Origin: a virus
IMG/VR virus record: IMGVR_UViG_3300045988_187870
Length of the DNA: 64,000 bases
Strand: one strand, 5' to 3'
A program made the position numbers and the translations under genes. The notes beneath the pieces were generated by a model. That model made no database searches. It saw nothing but the letters and a program-made list of their open reading frames with translations, and was not told the DNA's origin. This document shows, one piece after another, positions 9,934 to 19,112 of this stretch. Within the stretch, counting starts at the first letter, position 1; the number at the start of each line of letters is the position of its first letter.

Positions 9934-10335
9934 ATGTATTTTTCAATGTACGCTACAATCAAATTTAACAGGCCTATAAATAAGGATACTGATTATGTTT
10001 CACCTGGCTCTTATGAAATAGTTTCTGGAGATAAAACATATAGATTTGATTTCGAAACTTATTATGGCAATGTCGATGCGGAAGATAATACAATTCTTCA
10101 TATAGAGTGCATGCATCCCGATGGTTATTGTTTTGAGGATATTGCAAGGCTCACAAAGGATACTTTAGCAGAGATTAAGCAGTTTAGTGAATTTTTCATT
10201 TATATTAATGCATCTGATCTTACACCTATAGCACTAATGGACTGCGACTTTGTTCTTCATGACTTTAACAACGAAGTTATATCATTATCTGAAAATGTCT
10301 GCAGTAAAACTAAATTTTCTTTTTCAGGAGATTAA
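9934..10335 (+). CDS. hypothetical protein (133 aa)
   Basis: RBS ttaggaggtactta then ATG. Confidence 0.6.
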   Translation: MYFSMYATIKFNRPINKDTDYVSPGSYEIVSGDKTYRFDFETYYGNVDAEDNTILHIECMHPDGYCFEDIARLTKDTLAEIKQFSEFFIYINASDLTPIALMDCDFVLHDFNNEVISLSENVCSKTKFSFSGD

Positions 10336-10336
10336 T

Positions 10337-10780
10337 GTGTATAAGATAGTTTATGTACAAAATAATGAATTGCAGGAGTCTACATATTCATTATCATTTT
10401 ATGAAGCGTTAAAGTCAGCAGCAATTTATATACAATTTGCTGACATGCGTGATAACAAATCCCACAAGCTCTTTATTCTAAAAGAAAATAGTAAAACTGG
10501 GTATCTTGAAGAATTTTATAGTGAGATAGGCACAAGTATATCTAAGGATGAGCTAGAGACGACTCTGGGTCCACTTATTTGTGTTAATGCTTCTACAGAA
10601 GACAATATAAACGTGTGGCATGGAATGTACACAAATCAGAACACAGCTATTAAAGCTCTACCTAAGATAGCATTACACTTGAAGCAGCACAAGTCATTGC
10701 TATTTGAACTAACAACCTTTAGCAGTAAGGAAAAGTTAGGCATGTTTGATCAATATGGCAAGGAAGTGGCTTATGGTTGA
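10337..10780 (+). CDS. hypothetical protein (GTG start)
   Basis: open frame following the stop of 9934-10335. Confidence 0.4.
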   Translation: MYKIVYVQNNELQESTYSLSFYEALKSAAIYIQFADMRDNKSHKLFILKENSKTGYLEEFYSEIGTSISKDELETTLGPLICVNASTEDNINVWHGMYTNQNTAIKALPKIALHLKQHKSLLFELTTFSSKEKLGMFDQYGKEVAYG

Positions 10781-11174
10781 TATTTGTTCTGTAAAGACAT
10801 TTAACTATGAGAAGAACTATGATTTAGTTTATATTATAGTGAGAAGTCTTACTGCACTAAGAAATAGTGGAGATCCAATTCTCTCTCGAGGAGTCCAATG
10901 CAAACTGCTAAGTCCGGGGGACATTCTCTTTAAGAAGTACTTAAGTCTGAAGAGAAATGGCAACTGGAATATTGTAACCTTTGAGAATATCTATCGTCCA
11001 GAATTTGAATCTCAAATATCAGAAAGTCAGGAAGCCCAGCTTATGCTCCAGTCATTAGCTTTAGCAGATAAACAAATTGCACTTGTTTGCTATTGTGATT
11101 CTCCATTTCTGTGTCATCGCAGAATTATTGGAGAAATGCTTGAAAATCTCGGGGCAGAGGTTGGATATTATTGA
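10773..11174 (+). CDS. DUF488 family protein
   Basis: C-terminal VCYCDSPFLCHRRIIGEML matches the DUF488 C..CHR motif. Confidence 0.5.
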   Translation: MVDICSVKTFNYEKNYDLVYIIVRSLTALRNSGDPILSRGVQCKLLSPGDILFKKYLSLKRNGNWNIVTFENIYRPEFESQISESQEAQLMLQSLALADKQIALVCYCDSPFLCHRRIIGEMLENLGAEVGYY

Positions 11175-11189
11175 TAAAGAGGTAATTTT

Positions 11190-11447
11190 ATGTTTACAAA
11201 TCGAGCAGAAACAGGCAGAAATAATATCGTAGGAGTGGCTGTGCACGAGTATCGTAAGCAGTTGCGAATCAGCCAGCGCGAACTTGCGGATAGACTGCAG
11301 ATTATAGGCTTGGATATAGACAAGAATGCTGTACAACGTATTGAATCCGGGCAGCGTTTTATAACAGACATTGAGCTAATATATCTAGCACAAGTGTTCA
11401 ATATTACAGTTGAAGAACTTTATGAGGGTAATCAGACACAAATTTAA
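11190..11447 (+). CDS. XRE-family helix-turn-helix transcriptional regulator
   Basis: LRISQRELADRLQ...NAVQRIESGQR HTH; RBS aagaggtaatttt. Confidence 0.75.
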   Translation: MFTNRAETGRNNIVGVAVHEYRKQLRISQRELADRLQIIGLDIDKNAVQRIESGQRFITDIELIYLAQVFNITVEELYEGNQTQI

Positions 11448-11481
11448 CGTATGAATATGCAAACATTTGTTTTGAAATGAG

Positions 11482-11916
11482 GTGATACATCTGAGTGAAA
11501 TACTATATAGAACTGAGTCAGCTTATGGCTCAAAACATAGAGAAATTATTGATGTTATGCAATATGAGATATTTGAGCTAAATAATTCAGATATTCTTGA
11601 TTATCTAATTATTCACCATACTGATGCTTTTGATGTTCATCAGATTAGCAGAATTTATGGTGTCTTTGCTGGCTTAATTAACACAGATAGTGCACAGTAT
11701 GACTTTTGTAGAGAATTGGTAGAAGCTCTTAACAGTTATTACAATGTGCATCTAAAATACTGTTTATGGCTTGCAAGTAAGTCAACAGTACTAGACTTAT
11801 ATAATGCTTCTGAACAGGATATACAGAAATATGAAACATCACCTATTATACTGAGTGATTTGGGTATGGACGGTATGCTTTTTGCCTATGAATCTATGCC
11901 AAGACCTCTAAATTGA
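11482..11916 (+). CDS. hypothetical protein (GTG start)
   Basis: ORF only. Confidence 0.4.
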   Translation: MIHLSEILYRTESAYGSKHREIIDVMQYEIFELNNSDILDYLIIHHTDAFDVHQISRIYGVFAGLINTDSAQYDFCRELVEALNSYYNVHLKYCLWLASKSTVLDLYNASEQDIQKYETSPIILSDLGMDGMLFAYESMPRPLN

Positions 11917-12051
11917 ATGATTATAGTGTATGATATGTTCATATAAGTGTAAAGTCCTTTTACCATATCTCCAACACAGCTGAAATATTATATAAGTATA
12001 CATGTATACTCACAGGGGATATACAGATTACCTTTAGCAGGAGGTTAGATT

Positions 12052-12342
12052 ATGATTCATCGTGACATACGCTATCGTAGGTTCCAGAGACGAAACGCAA
12101 TTCAGCACAAGGTGAAAATTGCTGCCAGCTCATTTAGTTTTTCGCCAGAGTATCTTGCAAATCCCAGGCATGTAGGACAGTGGGCTAAAGGTAAGGTGCA
12201 TTGCTCTTGTCCTTTATGTGCCTGCAAGTCAACAGAGTATTTTGGAGTTCATGATAAGTCTATGCATAATTACAGTGCAAGTGACAGACGCAAGTTCATG
12301 AGCATGCAGGAACAGATTACAGAGTATTATACAGCAGCGTAA
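12052..12342 (+). CDS. small Cys-containing hypothetical protein
   Basis: RBS agcaggaggttagatt. Confidence 0.55.
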   Translation: MIHRDIRYRRFQRRNAIQHKVKIAASSFSFSPEYLANPRHVGQWAKGKVHCSCPLCACKSTEYFGVHDKSMHNYSASDRRKFMSMQEQITEYYTAA

Positions 12343-12377
12343 AGCACCATCTTTTTCAGTTTAGGAGACTATGTGAT

Positions 12378-13166
12378 ATGCGAATAACAACATTTCGTTC
12401 AGGCAAAACAGCAGAGCAGGCAAGAGAACATCTTTTCAAGTATCTAAAGCAGGTATCTTTAGTAGCACCTAAGACAACTGTCATGCCGGATATTCTCGCT
12501 CCTGTGAATGGGAAAGAAACAATAATATCTTTAGTAGCTGATGGTGCAGCAGAAACTGTTGTGAAAGCACGCAGAGAGAATCCAAATGCTAAAATCGCAG
12601 TATTAAACTTTTCCAGTTTTAAACATCCGGGTGGCGGGTTTATGACAGATATGCTTGCACAGGAAGAGAGCTTGTGTTATTGCTCAAATCTGTATTGGGA
12701 ATTAAATAAGCATAGAAATGATTTTTATGCGGTTAACAGTAGCATGCTTAATTCAGGATTATACGCAGACAGGGCTATGCTTTCAGAAAATATTAGTTTT
12801 GTTGCATCAGCACCTGAAAACTATTTGCCTAACAAAGAAATTTGTACAGCAGATGTTATAACATGCGCTGCTCCAAATCTTAATTATATGATGCGAAGAG
12901 GACGCCATTGGGATAAGGAAGTTCTGCAGGCAGTACGGGATCGTATTCATTATGTGAACTCTATCTTAGCAGGACGAAATTACGATATAGTGATTTATGG
13001 TGCCTATGGTTGTGGTGTCTTTAAAAATGATCCTGACTTTGTAGCTAGATGCTTCAAATGGGACCTTCAGCAAAATTATCCCAACTCCTTTAGCAGAGTA
13101 ATATTTGCTATTCCAGATAAGTCAAGCAAGAATTATCTTGCATTCAAGGGGGTGCTCTTTGAATGA
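12378..13166 (+). CDS. PARG-like macrodomain protein (DUF2263/TIGR02452 family)
   Basis: FKHPGGGFMTDMLAQEESL matches the GGG-x6-8-QEE signature of bacterial poly(ADP-ribose) glycohydrolase-like proteins. Confidence 0.6.
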   Translation: MRITTFRSGKTAEQAREHLFKYLKQVSLVAPKTTVMPDILAPVNGKETIISLVADGAAETVVKARRENPNAKIAVLNFSSFKHPGGGFMTDMLAQEESLCYCSNLYWELNKHRNDFYAVNSSMLNSGLYADRAMLSENISFVASAPENYLPNKEICTADVITCAAPNLNYMMRRGRHWDKEVLQAVRDRIHYVNSILAGRNYDIVIYGAYGCGVFKNDPDFVARCFKWDLQQNYPNSFSRVIFAIPDKSSKNYLAFKGVLFE

Positions 13167-13441
13167 AAGTAAAAGATATGTTTATTGAATTTATAAATAA
13201 GACTGAGAGTATCATATCCACAATGGATGAAGACATGAGGATTCAGTGGCTATCTACAAAAGTATCATGCTCAGTGGGAATTATATTGCTGTGTGTGGGT
13301 ACGATACTCAGTTTAGCTGTTGGAGTTACAGCCTGTGCAGCTACGATTCTTTTCTTCAGTATAATGTATTTCTCTATGTCAATTATTATTGGTACTGTGA
13401 CCATTTTATGTATGCCAAAAGAGTCTACTGATAGACTTTGA
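13163..13441 (+). CDS. small membrane protein
   Basis: two hydrophobic helices. Confidence 0.45.
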   Translation: MKVKDMFIEFINKTESIISTMDEDMRIQWLSTKVSCSVGIILLCVGTILSLAVGVTACAATILFFSIMYFSMSIIIGTVTILCMPKESTDRL

Positions 13442-13459
13442 CCAAATTTTAATCAAAAG

Positions 13460-13756
13460 GTGAAATTCCAGCCTGACTGCACAGATTTTGGTAGTTGTTT
13501 TAGTGGATGTTCTATGTATAATCAGTCTACTATTATACCAAATGGCACTATTAATTGTTCAGAAATGTTCTATGATTGTAGTAGTTATGATCAAGAAACT
13601 ATTGTACCTACTAGTGTTAAGAGGACGGATTCTATGTTTAGTTCATGTGAGAATTTTCGTCACAGAGTTCATATCAGTGCAAATCAGCTTTCAGAGGACA
13701 CATTTGATGATTGCAAATATATGAATTCTGATAGTACTACATGTGTATATTTGTAA
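13460..13756 (+). CDS. BspA-type leucine-rich-repeat-like fragment (F..C...I.IP..V..I..F..C)
   Basis: pattern FGSCF...IIPNGTINCSEMFYDCSS...IVPTSVKRTDSMFSSC. Confidence 0.35.
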   Translation: MKFQPDCTDFGSCFSGCSMYNQSTIIPNGTINCSEMFYDCSSYDQETIVPTSVKRTDSMFSSCENFRHRVHISANQLSEDTFDDCKYMNSDSTTCVYL

Positions 13757-13781
13757 TTAATTACATTTAACAAGGAAAGGA

Positions 13782-13964
13782 GTGATCAATATGTCCAGCA
13801 ATCAGAAGATGGCACTGATAATCGCTATCGGCGCTGTTTCTGCAATCGTAGTGGGCGCAATGTGCTATACCGTACCTAAGCTGTTAGCTCTATTCTCAAG
13901 AGCTAATCAACAAACAGCCCTGCAGAAAGGGGTGACAACCATGGACAGAGAAGGCGGTCTGTAA
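13782..13964 (+). CDS. small membrane protein (60 aa)
   Basis: RBS aaggaaaggagtgatcaat; TM helix. Confidence 0.5.
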   Translation: MINMSSNQKMALIIAIGAVSAIVVGAMCYTVPKLLALFSRANQQTALQKGVTTMDREGGL

Positions 13965-14001
13965 TTACCTTGTCCTCTGATTATATCAGAGGACGCATCA
14001 T

Positions 14002-14380
14002 GGGGGCGTAAAGGTTTCGACAGGGTTTTGAAGGTATAGTAAGCGTGTACGGATTGAGTCGTTCCGTTCAAAAGACTCATATCGAATAACATTCGATAGA
14101 CCTGTAGCTCTCGCAGCTTAATGCGATAGGCGTTCACTAGAGCGCTGAAAAGGCACGGAGAGATTGAACTGACGACCTCTGCACTCCGTTGTTTCAAATG
14201 AAATGCCGTCATACTTAATCGAGATGCAGGGTAGCGGTTAAGCATTACTTGCCTGATATGTGACCTGTATGGAGGGTGGTGCCACCAGGCAGGAACTGAC
14301 AACAGTAAAAACACCTACACACGTAGAAAACTATATTGGAAAGATTTTGGACAGGGGTTCGATTCCCCTCGCCTCCACCA
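14002..14380 (+). ncRNA. ssrA: tmRNA (transfer-messenger RNA, SsrA); tag reading frame ends ...VALAA then TAA
   Basis: 5-prime GGGGGCGUAAAGGUUUCGACAGGG and 3-prime GGGGUUCGAUUCCCCUCGCCUCCACCA (T-arm, acceptor, encoded CCA) closely match Bacillus-type tmRNA; internal GUAGCUCUCGCAGCUUAA tag end. Confidence 0.9.
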
Positions 14381-14427
14381 ATATATGTAGACAATCTATT
14401 AGCAGTCACACTTGGAGGTGAGTATCT

Positions 14428-14907
14428 TTGTTACTTGGAGTTCATTTCAAAAACAGCAATATTGGTTTACATGAGCTTACAGAGAACACAATTCTCTTAT
14501 GCGATACTACTGTAGTTAAAGACAGAATAACTAACGATTTAGTAGCTACATTTGTTGATAAGACAGCAGAGCATGTAAACCTTAATGAAGGCTACGAATG
14601 GATTGATAATAACGATGTGAGTTTTAAAAAGATTATGAATTTCCTGCCCACATCAAAATATCAGTTCAATGCACGCAATATTCATATAAATCTTACAGTT
14701 TCGATTGAGCCTGCTATTGTGTATAGTGTAAAGAGTCTATATGACATTTGGTTTGTAAGACTGAGCAGTGATGACAAGCTTTTATTCTATCCTTTAACAG
14801 AATTTGAAAACTATGAGAAGTATAATGACTTAGATGCACTCTATAAAGCAGTAATAGTCGGAAGATTCTCTATAAAGGGAGATGCAAAGGCTATTCCTTC
14901 TGAATAG
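14428..14907 (+). CDS. hypothetical protein (TTG start)
   Basis: RBS ggaggtg 7 nt upstream of the TTG. Confidence 0.5.
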   Translation: MLLGVHFKNSNIGLHELTENTILLCDTTVVKDRITNDLVATFVDKTAEHVNLNEGYEWIDNNDVSFKKIMNFLPTSKYQFNARNIHINLTVSIEPAIVYSVKSLYDIWFVRLSSDDKLLFYPLTEFENYEKYNDLDALYKAVIVGRFSIKGDAKAIPSE

Positions 14908-15110
14908 AGTGGGTGGATACGTTGTTAGAGTTTAGCTATTATGACAGAATAATTCGTTAAACTGTTGCATACAACTGCTTGCTAAGCTCTGATACTCACA
15001 TAGACGATATCCTTATCGACCTAAATTCCTAGATGATTGAAACAAGGGGGTACTACGATGATTAACGATGACAAGCTGAAATCCAAGAAGCACAGACTGG
15101 TACAAACACA

Positions 15111-15767
15111 GTGCCATTAAGATATAACCATAATTGGCTATTGTTTATTATACGAGCTGCAGCAGTAATACTATCTCTTATTTTGCCAGGTATTATTGTA
15201 GACGCCTTCTGTTTGTTCATGCTTTTGTTAGATATTATAACACAAAAAAAAATATGCACTCGGCATGAATTACCGAGCTTTGCAATTGATGTTGAGAGAC
15301 TTATAATTAGTGAAGCTCGACTAACAGGAATGAATACGAATGAAAAAAGTATCACAAATCTACGTGAGGCATGGGATCTAGTTTTAAGAACAATAAATTA
15401 CAAGCTTGACGCTTCCTACTTAGCAGCTATTTGTTTTTGCTTAAATTGTATCAATATGAATAAGGAGACTGACATTGAGATTCCGGAACCTTTAGAGAGA
15501 GCGCTTAAGGAAATCAAAGATCCTATTAGGTTATGTACATATCTATTAAAGCAACCATTGTTTGAACAAGGGGCAGTTACAATTGCTTTAATTGTTGCAA
15601 ATAAAGAATTGATACATACAAAAAGAGGTATTCTTTTGATACCAGAAGAAAAATTCCCAGAATTCAACAGGGAACTTGATGCGTACAGAAAATCAAATGA
15701 TGATAGTCAACTTTATGCTTTCTTATCTTCATGTATCGAACCATTTCCTGAAACTAAAGCAGCTTAG
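15111..15767 (+). CDS. hypothetical membrane-associated protein; start uncertain
   Basis: ORF; a 20-codon ORF with a strong RBS (aagggggt) at 15058 lies upstream in another frame. Confidence 0.35.
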   Translation: MPLRYNHNWLLFIIRAAAVILSLILPGIIVDAFCLFMLLLDIITQKKICTRHELPSFAIDVERLIISEARLTGMNTNEKSITNLREAWDLVLRTINYKLDASYLAAICFCLNCINMNKETDIEIPEPLERALKEIKDPIRLCTYLLKQPLFEQGAVTIALIVANKELIHTKRGILLIPEEKFPEFNRELDAYRKSNDDSQLYAFLSSCIEPFPETKAA

Positions 15768-15864
15768 AGATTGGGTGCATAACATATTTTAATAACCTTA
15801 GCAAACTATGTAATACTTTCTTACCAAAGTATCCTATAGATATAGTAAGAAAGGAATGATTAAC

Positions 15865-16515
15865 ATGAAATGTAGATTACCCAAACAGCAGGAAAAAGAT
15901 TTTATCAAGATAATTGAAGATATCTTTAGCCGTACTGTAAACTCACGCACAGCTCATTATCAGGCAAGTATAACAGAAAAAGAGATTCCAGAGATTTTAA
16001 AACAGATTTATGCAATGAGTATCTTAGCAGTTCCTCATATCAAAAATCTAACACTTGAGCGTCTGGGTAATTATGCAAAATGTTTATACGACTCGTTTAG
16101 CTATCCATTAAAGCAGAATAATAAGCTGACAGATGAAGTGCTCAACAGCATTTTACCTTCAGATCAGCTTAGTGCATGGTGGCATATCTTAACAAAGGAA
16201 AAATCAGAGAATGCTGAATTTATAAGTTACTGTTGCATGTATTTTTGTTGCATTACGCTGTACGCAAGTGCAGAATCTTTAGTAGTTGCAGAAAGTATAC
16301 ATACAGCACTTATTTGCTACTTAGAATCTCTAAAATTGGACTCAGCCTTTGTGACAGGCGGAGCTGTCACTGTTGCATCAAAATGTGGTTGTCAGACAAC
16401 CAAAAAAGACACTTTGCTTGCCGATCCGCTTTCTCACAAGCCGATTAATCAGGAGATTTTTGGACATGTCAACAGCGGGTCAGAAACGCAAGTGGTGTCA
16501 TCATCTCACAGGTAG
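15865..16515 (+). CDS. hypothetical protein
   Basis: RBS aaaggaatgattaac then ATG. Confidence 0.5.
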   Translation: MKCRLPKQQEKDFIKIIEDIFSRTVNSRTAHYQASITEKEIPEILKQIYAMSILAVPHIKNLTLERLGNYAKCLYDSFSYPLKQNNKLTDEVLNSILPSDQLSAWWHILTKEKSENAEFISYCCMYFCCITLYASAESLVVAESIHTALICYLESLKLDSAFVTGGAVTVASKCGCQTTKKDTLLADPLSHKPINQEIFGHVNSGSETQVVSSSHR

Positions 16516-16906
16516 GGATTCATCACCTAAACAGCTACCTTTAGCAGAGTTGAATTCCTGGTACATTACATATCTAGCGAGTTTTGCAGTTCTTTATCCT
16601 ACGCTGGTTTCTGCACAATGCGATGCAAAAATGCATCTAAATAATGTGATCAATAACAAAGGATTTGCATATAAGGATTATCAGATCTCAAATATGCAGC
16701 ATGTTTGTGAAACATACAAAGAGTCTGCTGATAGAAAAACTGAAGAACTTACTAGAATGCATGAAAAATACGCAGAAATTTCTAAAGCTTATTCAGAGCA
16801 GACAAAACAGCCAAAATCATTGACAAAGAAGCTTGAATCAAAGCCATTAACAGTAGTTGCAAAGCCAGAAGTTGCACATGTTGTTGTTGAGAAAAGCAAA
16901 GATTGA
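16466..16906 (+). CDS. hypothetical protein; ends at an in-frame TGA and is followed in the same frame by ORF 16997-17377
   Basis: ORF; overlaps the previous gene. Confidence 0.4.
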   Translation: MSTAGQKRKWCHHLTGRDSSPKQLPLAELNSWYITYLASFAVLYPTLVSAQCDAKMHLNNVINNKGFAYKDYQISNMQHVCETYKESADRKTEELTRMHEKYAEISKAYSEQTKQPKSLTKKLESKPLTVVAKPEVAHVVVEKSKD

Positions 16907-16996
16907 CCTGCAATCATAGATAAACAACGCTCAGAGATTGCAGAATTATCTAGAAGATTAGATGAGGCGTTAAAGCAGCAGCAAGAATCTGATGAT

Positions 16997-17377
16997 ATGA
17001 TAAAAATGTTGTTATCCAATACCAATGAACATCAAATCGAGACGCAGGTGCTTTCAAGTGAAGATAAGCAGCTACTGAAATGCATAAGAGCACACTTTGT
17101 AATGCCTGATTTTAAAGCATTCAGACAACTAAAAGTTCTTATGCCTGGCTCAACATTTGAGTTTGTACCTAAAGAGTCTATTGGAAAGCTTGTTGTTCCG
17201 AAGTCTAAAGAGTTATATCTTTTCTGTACAAGTCATGCTGGTCACTCTGTGTATGAATCATGGTTCAAACAAGTAGCATTCTTAGCAGTACCACATATTG
17301 TCTTTAACAGTTCAAATATTAATGTTATTTGTCATTTGGTATTAGACAATTACAAAAAGAAAGTTCTTCATATCTAG
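16997..17377 (+). CDS. hypothetical protein (possibly a continuation of 16466-16906 through TGA 16904)
   Basis: same frame as the upstream ORF; no clear RBS. Confidence 0.35.
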   Translation: MIKMLLSNTNEHQIETQVLSSEDKQLLKCIRAHFVMPDFKAFRQLKVLMPGSTFEFVPKESIGKLVVPKSKELYLFCTSHAGHSVYESWFKQVAFLAVPHIVFNSSNINVICHLVLDNYKKKVLHI

Positions 17378-17390
17378 CAATATACTATTA

Positions 17391-17424
17391 GCCAGGTCGC
17401 AAATGCGACCTGGCTTATTTCGTT
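17391..17424 (+). terminator. rho-independent terminator (10-bp stem GCCAGGTCGC/GCGACCTGGC, loop AAAT, then TTATTTCGTT)
   Basis: perfect hairpin plus T-rich tail. Confidence 0.7.
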
Positions 17425-17442
17425 ATAGAAAGGCTAGTGATT

Positions 17443-18231
17443 ATGTCTTATAGTTATGATGAAAAACTAAAGATGTTTAATGAGAATCTAGGGCTTGTTT
17501 ATACTGTTGTGTACAAACACTGGGGGTTAAAATATGTGCCTGAGGATGATCTGCTCCAAGAAGGTTTTATGAATTTATGGCTGATTATTGATTTATACAA
17601 CCCTGATAGCGGTACAAAATTTGCAACATATGCTTACGTAGCATTAACAGATAGACTGACTAAATTTACTTTAAAGTATCAGTATGGTAGCTCTATGCGC
17701 AGTTCTTCTTTTCAAGAAGCTATGCCTGCATTGCGTTATGCTAAGTTAAATAACATATCTGTTGATTTAGCATGTGATGCGTTAGGATTTAAAGGCGCTA
17801 AACGAGAATATGCATTGCTCATGGCAAAAGGCAGTCTTCTAGTGGAAAGTCTATCATCACCTGTAGTATCTTCAGACCAGGATTGTGAAACAACACTAGA
17901 GGATATTGTTCCTGATGCATACTCTTTAGCAGATGAGGTATGTGAAAAAGTATCGTCAGAAAATTTAAAGAAGATACTCTATACTGATTTCGTGCAATAC
18001 TGTATCAAAAAACATACAGGGAAGCCGCCTGACTATTTTGAAGATTTAGTAAAAATGTATCTTGATACGATTTTTAATGATGAGCATATCTCTCAGAATG
18101 CTATAAGTAAGAAAATTGGTGTATCTAATACAGTTGTTAGTAAACACTTTAAATGTTTCAAGCAAAATCTCAAGCAATTCATTATACAAAAACATTTGAT
18201 CTCGAGGAGCGTTTCACAATGTTCACACTAA
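17443..18231 (+). CDS. sigma-70 family RNA polymerase sigma factor (region 2 and region 4 HTH)
   Basis: LVYTVVYKHWG...DLLQEGFMNLW...FATYAYVALTDRL (region 2); C-terminal ISQNAISKKIGVSNTVVSKH HTH. Confidence 0.7.
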   Translation: MSYSYDEKLKMFNENLGLVYTVVYKHWGLKYVPEDDLLQEGFMNLWLIIDLYNPDSGTKFATYAYVALTDRLTKFTLKYQYGSSMRSSSFQEAMPALRYAKLNNISVDLACDALGFKGAKREYALLMAKGSLLVESLSSPVVSSDQDCETTLEDIVPDAYSLADEVCEKVSSENLKKILYTDFVQYCIKKHTGKPPDYFEDLVKMYLDTIFNDEHISQNAISKKIGVSNTVVSKHFKCFKQNLKQFIIQKHLISRSVSQCSH

Positions 18232-18255
18232 TCAATAAAATTATACTAAGTATAC

Positions 18256-18284
18256 TTGACAAAGTGACAGAAATATTCTATTAA
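18256..18284 (+). promoter_or_regulatory. putative promoter: TTGACA, 17-nt spacer, TATTAA
   Basis: upstream of ORF 18297. Confidence 0.4.
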
Positions 18285-18296
18285 CGGAGGACTATT

Positions 18297-18527
18297 ATGA
18301 ACAAAATAGCAATGGCTATCACAACTGGTGCAGTCATAACTGCAGTCATAACTTTAGCAGCGCTTGCATACAAGAACCATGATGCAATTAATACGGTAAA
18401 GACAAAGGGAAGGAAAATATTGACCAAATTTAAATATAAAGCTGATGACACAGTTGCTAATGTCGAAGTAACTGCTGAACAGCTTGCAGATCTTTTGAAA
18501 GGACTAAGATCTGATGAAAAGGACTAA
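18297..18527 (+). CDS. small membrane-anchored protein
   Basis: RBS aacggaggactatt; N-terminal TM helix. Confidence 0.55.
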   Translation: MNKIAMAITTGAVITAVITLAALAYKNHDAINTVKTKGRKILTKFKYKADDTVANVEVTAEQLADLLKGLRSDEKD

Positions 18528-18827
18528 AGAGTGCTGGGTGATGTGGATTTACTATTTCACAGCATCTGCATTTATAACTTCTTTTATTTTCTTTATGCTT
18601 TTTATATTTATTGCTAGAATATTAATTACACTTCGATGATGATTATACTAATGCAAAATCATGAAAGACACATAAGCATCAAAGCACGGATCCTGCGTTT
18701 AGGAATTATCAATATAGTTGTTGCAATGACTTCTAGGAATACATAAAGTCTTTGATAAGATGATACTTGTGACAAATGCAGCTGCCGATATTCAGAGAGG
18801 TATCAGTTTATAAATTGTGAGGGAACT

Positions 18828-19064
18828 ATGTCATTGGAAGAAATACTAAAAATGCTAGGAAGTAAGCACCCACTACGTGAAAATCCAATTAAGGAAGTTA
18901 TTGATGGAGATGAGCACATGGATTACTTAACAATATCTGGATGGAAGGCATATGATCGACTTACATCACTTATTTTTGCTCTTGATACACTATGTCCAGG
19001 AACAATCAATATTGATTCTCTTATCGATGAGCTAGATTATCTTGTAGATAATGAACTGTACTAG
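18828..19064 (+). CDS. hypothetical protein (78 aa)
   Basis: RBS gtgagggaact. Confidence 0.5.
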   Translation: MSLEEILKMLGSKHPLRENPIKEVIDGDEHMDYLTISGWKAYDRLTSLIFALDTLCPGTINIDSLIDELDYLVDNELY

Positions 19065-19112
19065 ACATGGGGCAACTCTATCAAACATGTAAATCAGAAT
19101 CGGAGGAATATT

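Noticed and set aside
14381-14427. An integrase or attachment site immediately 3-prime of the tmRNA, marking island integration
   Set aside because: No tyrosine or serine recombinase was recognised downstream, and no second copy of the tmRNA 3-prime end was noticed in the window. This cannot be excluded beyond the window.
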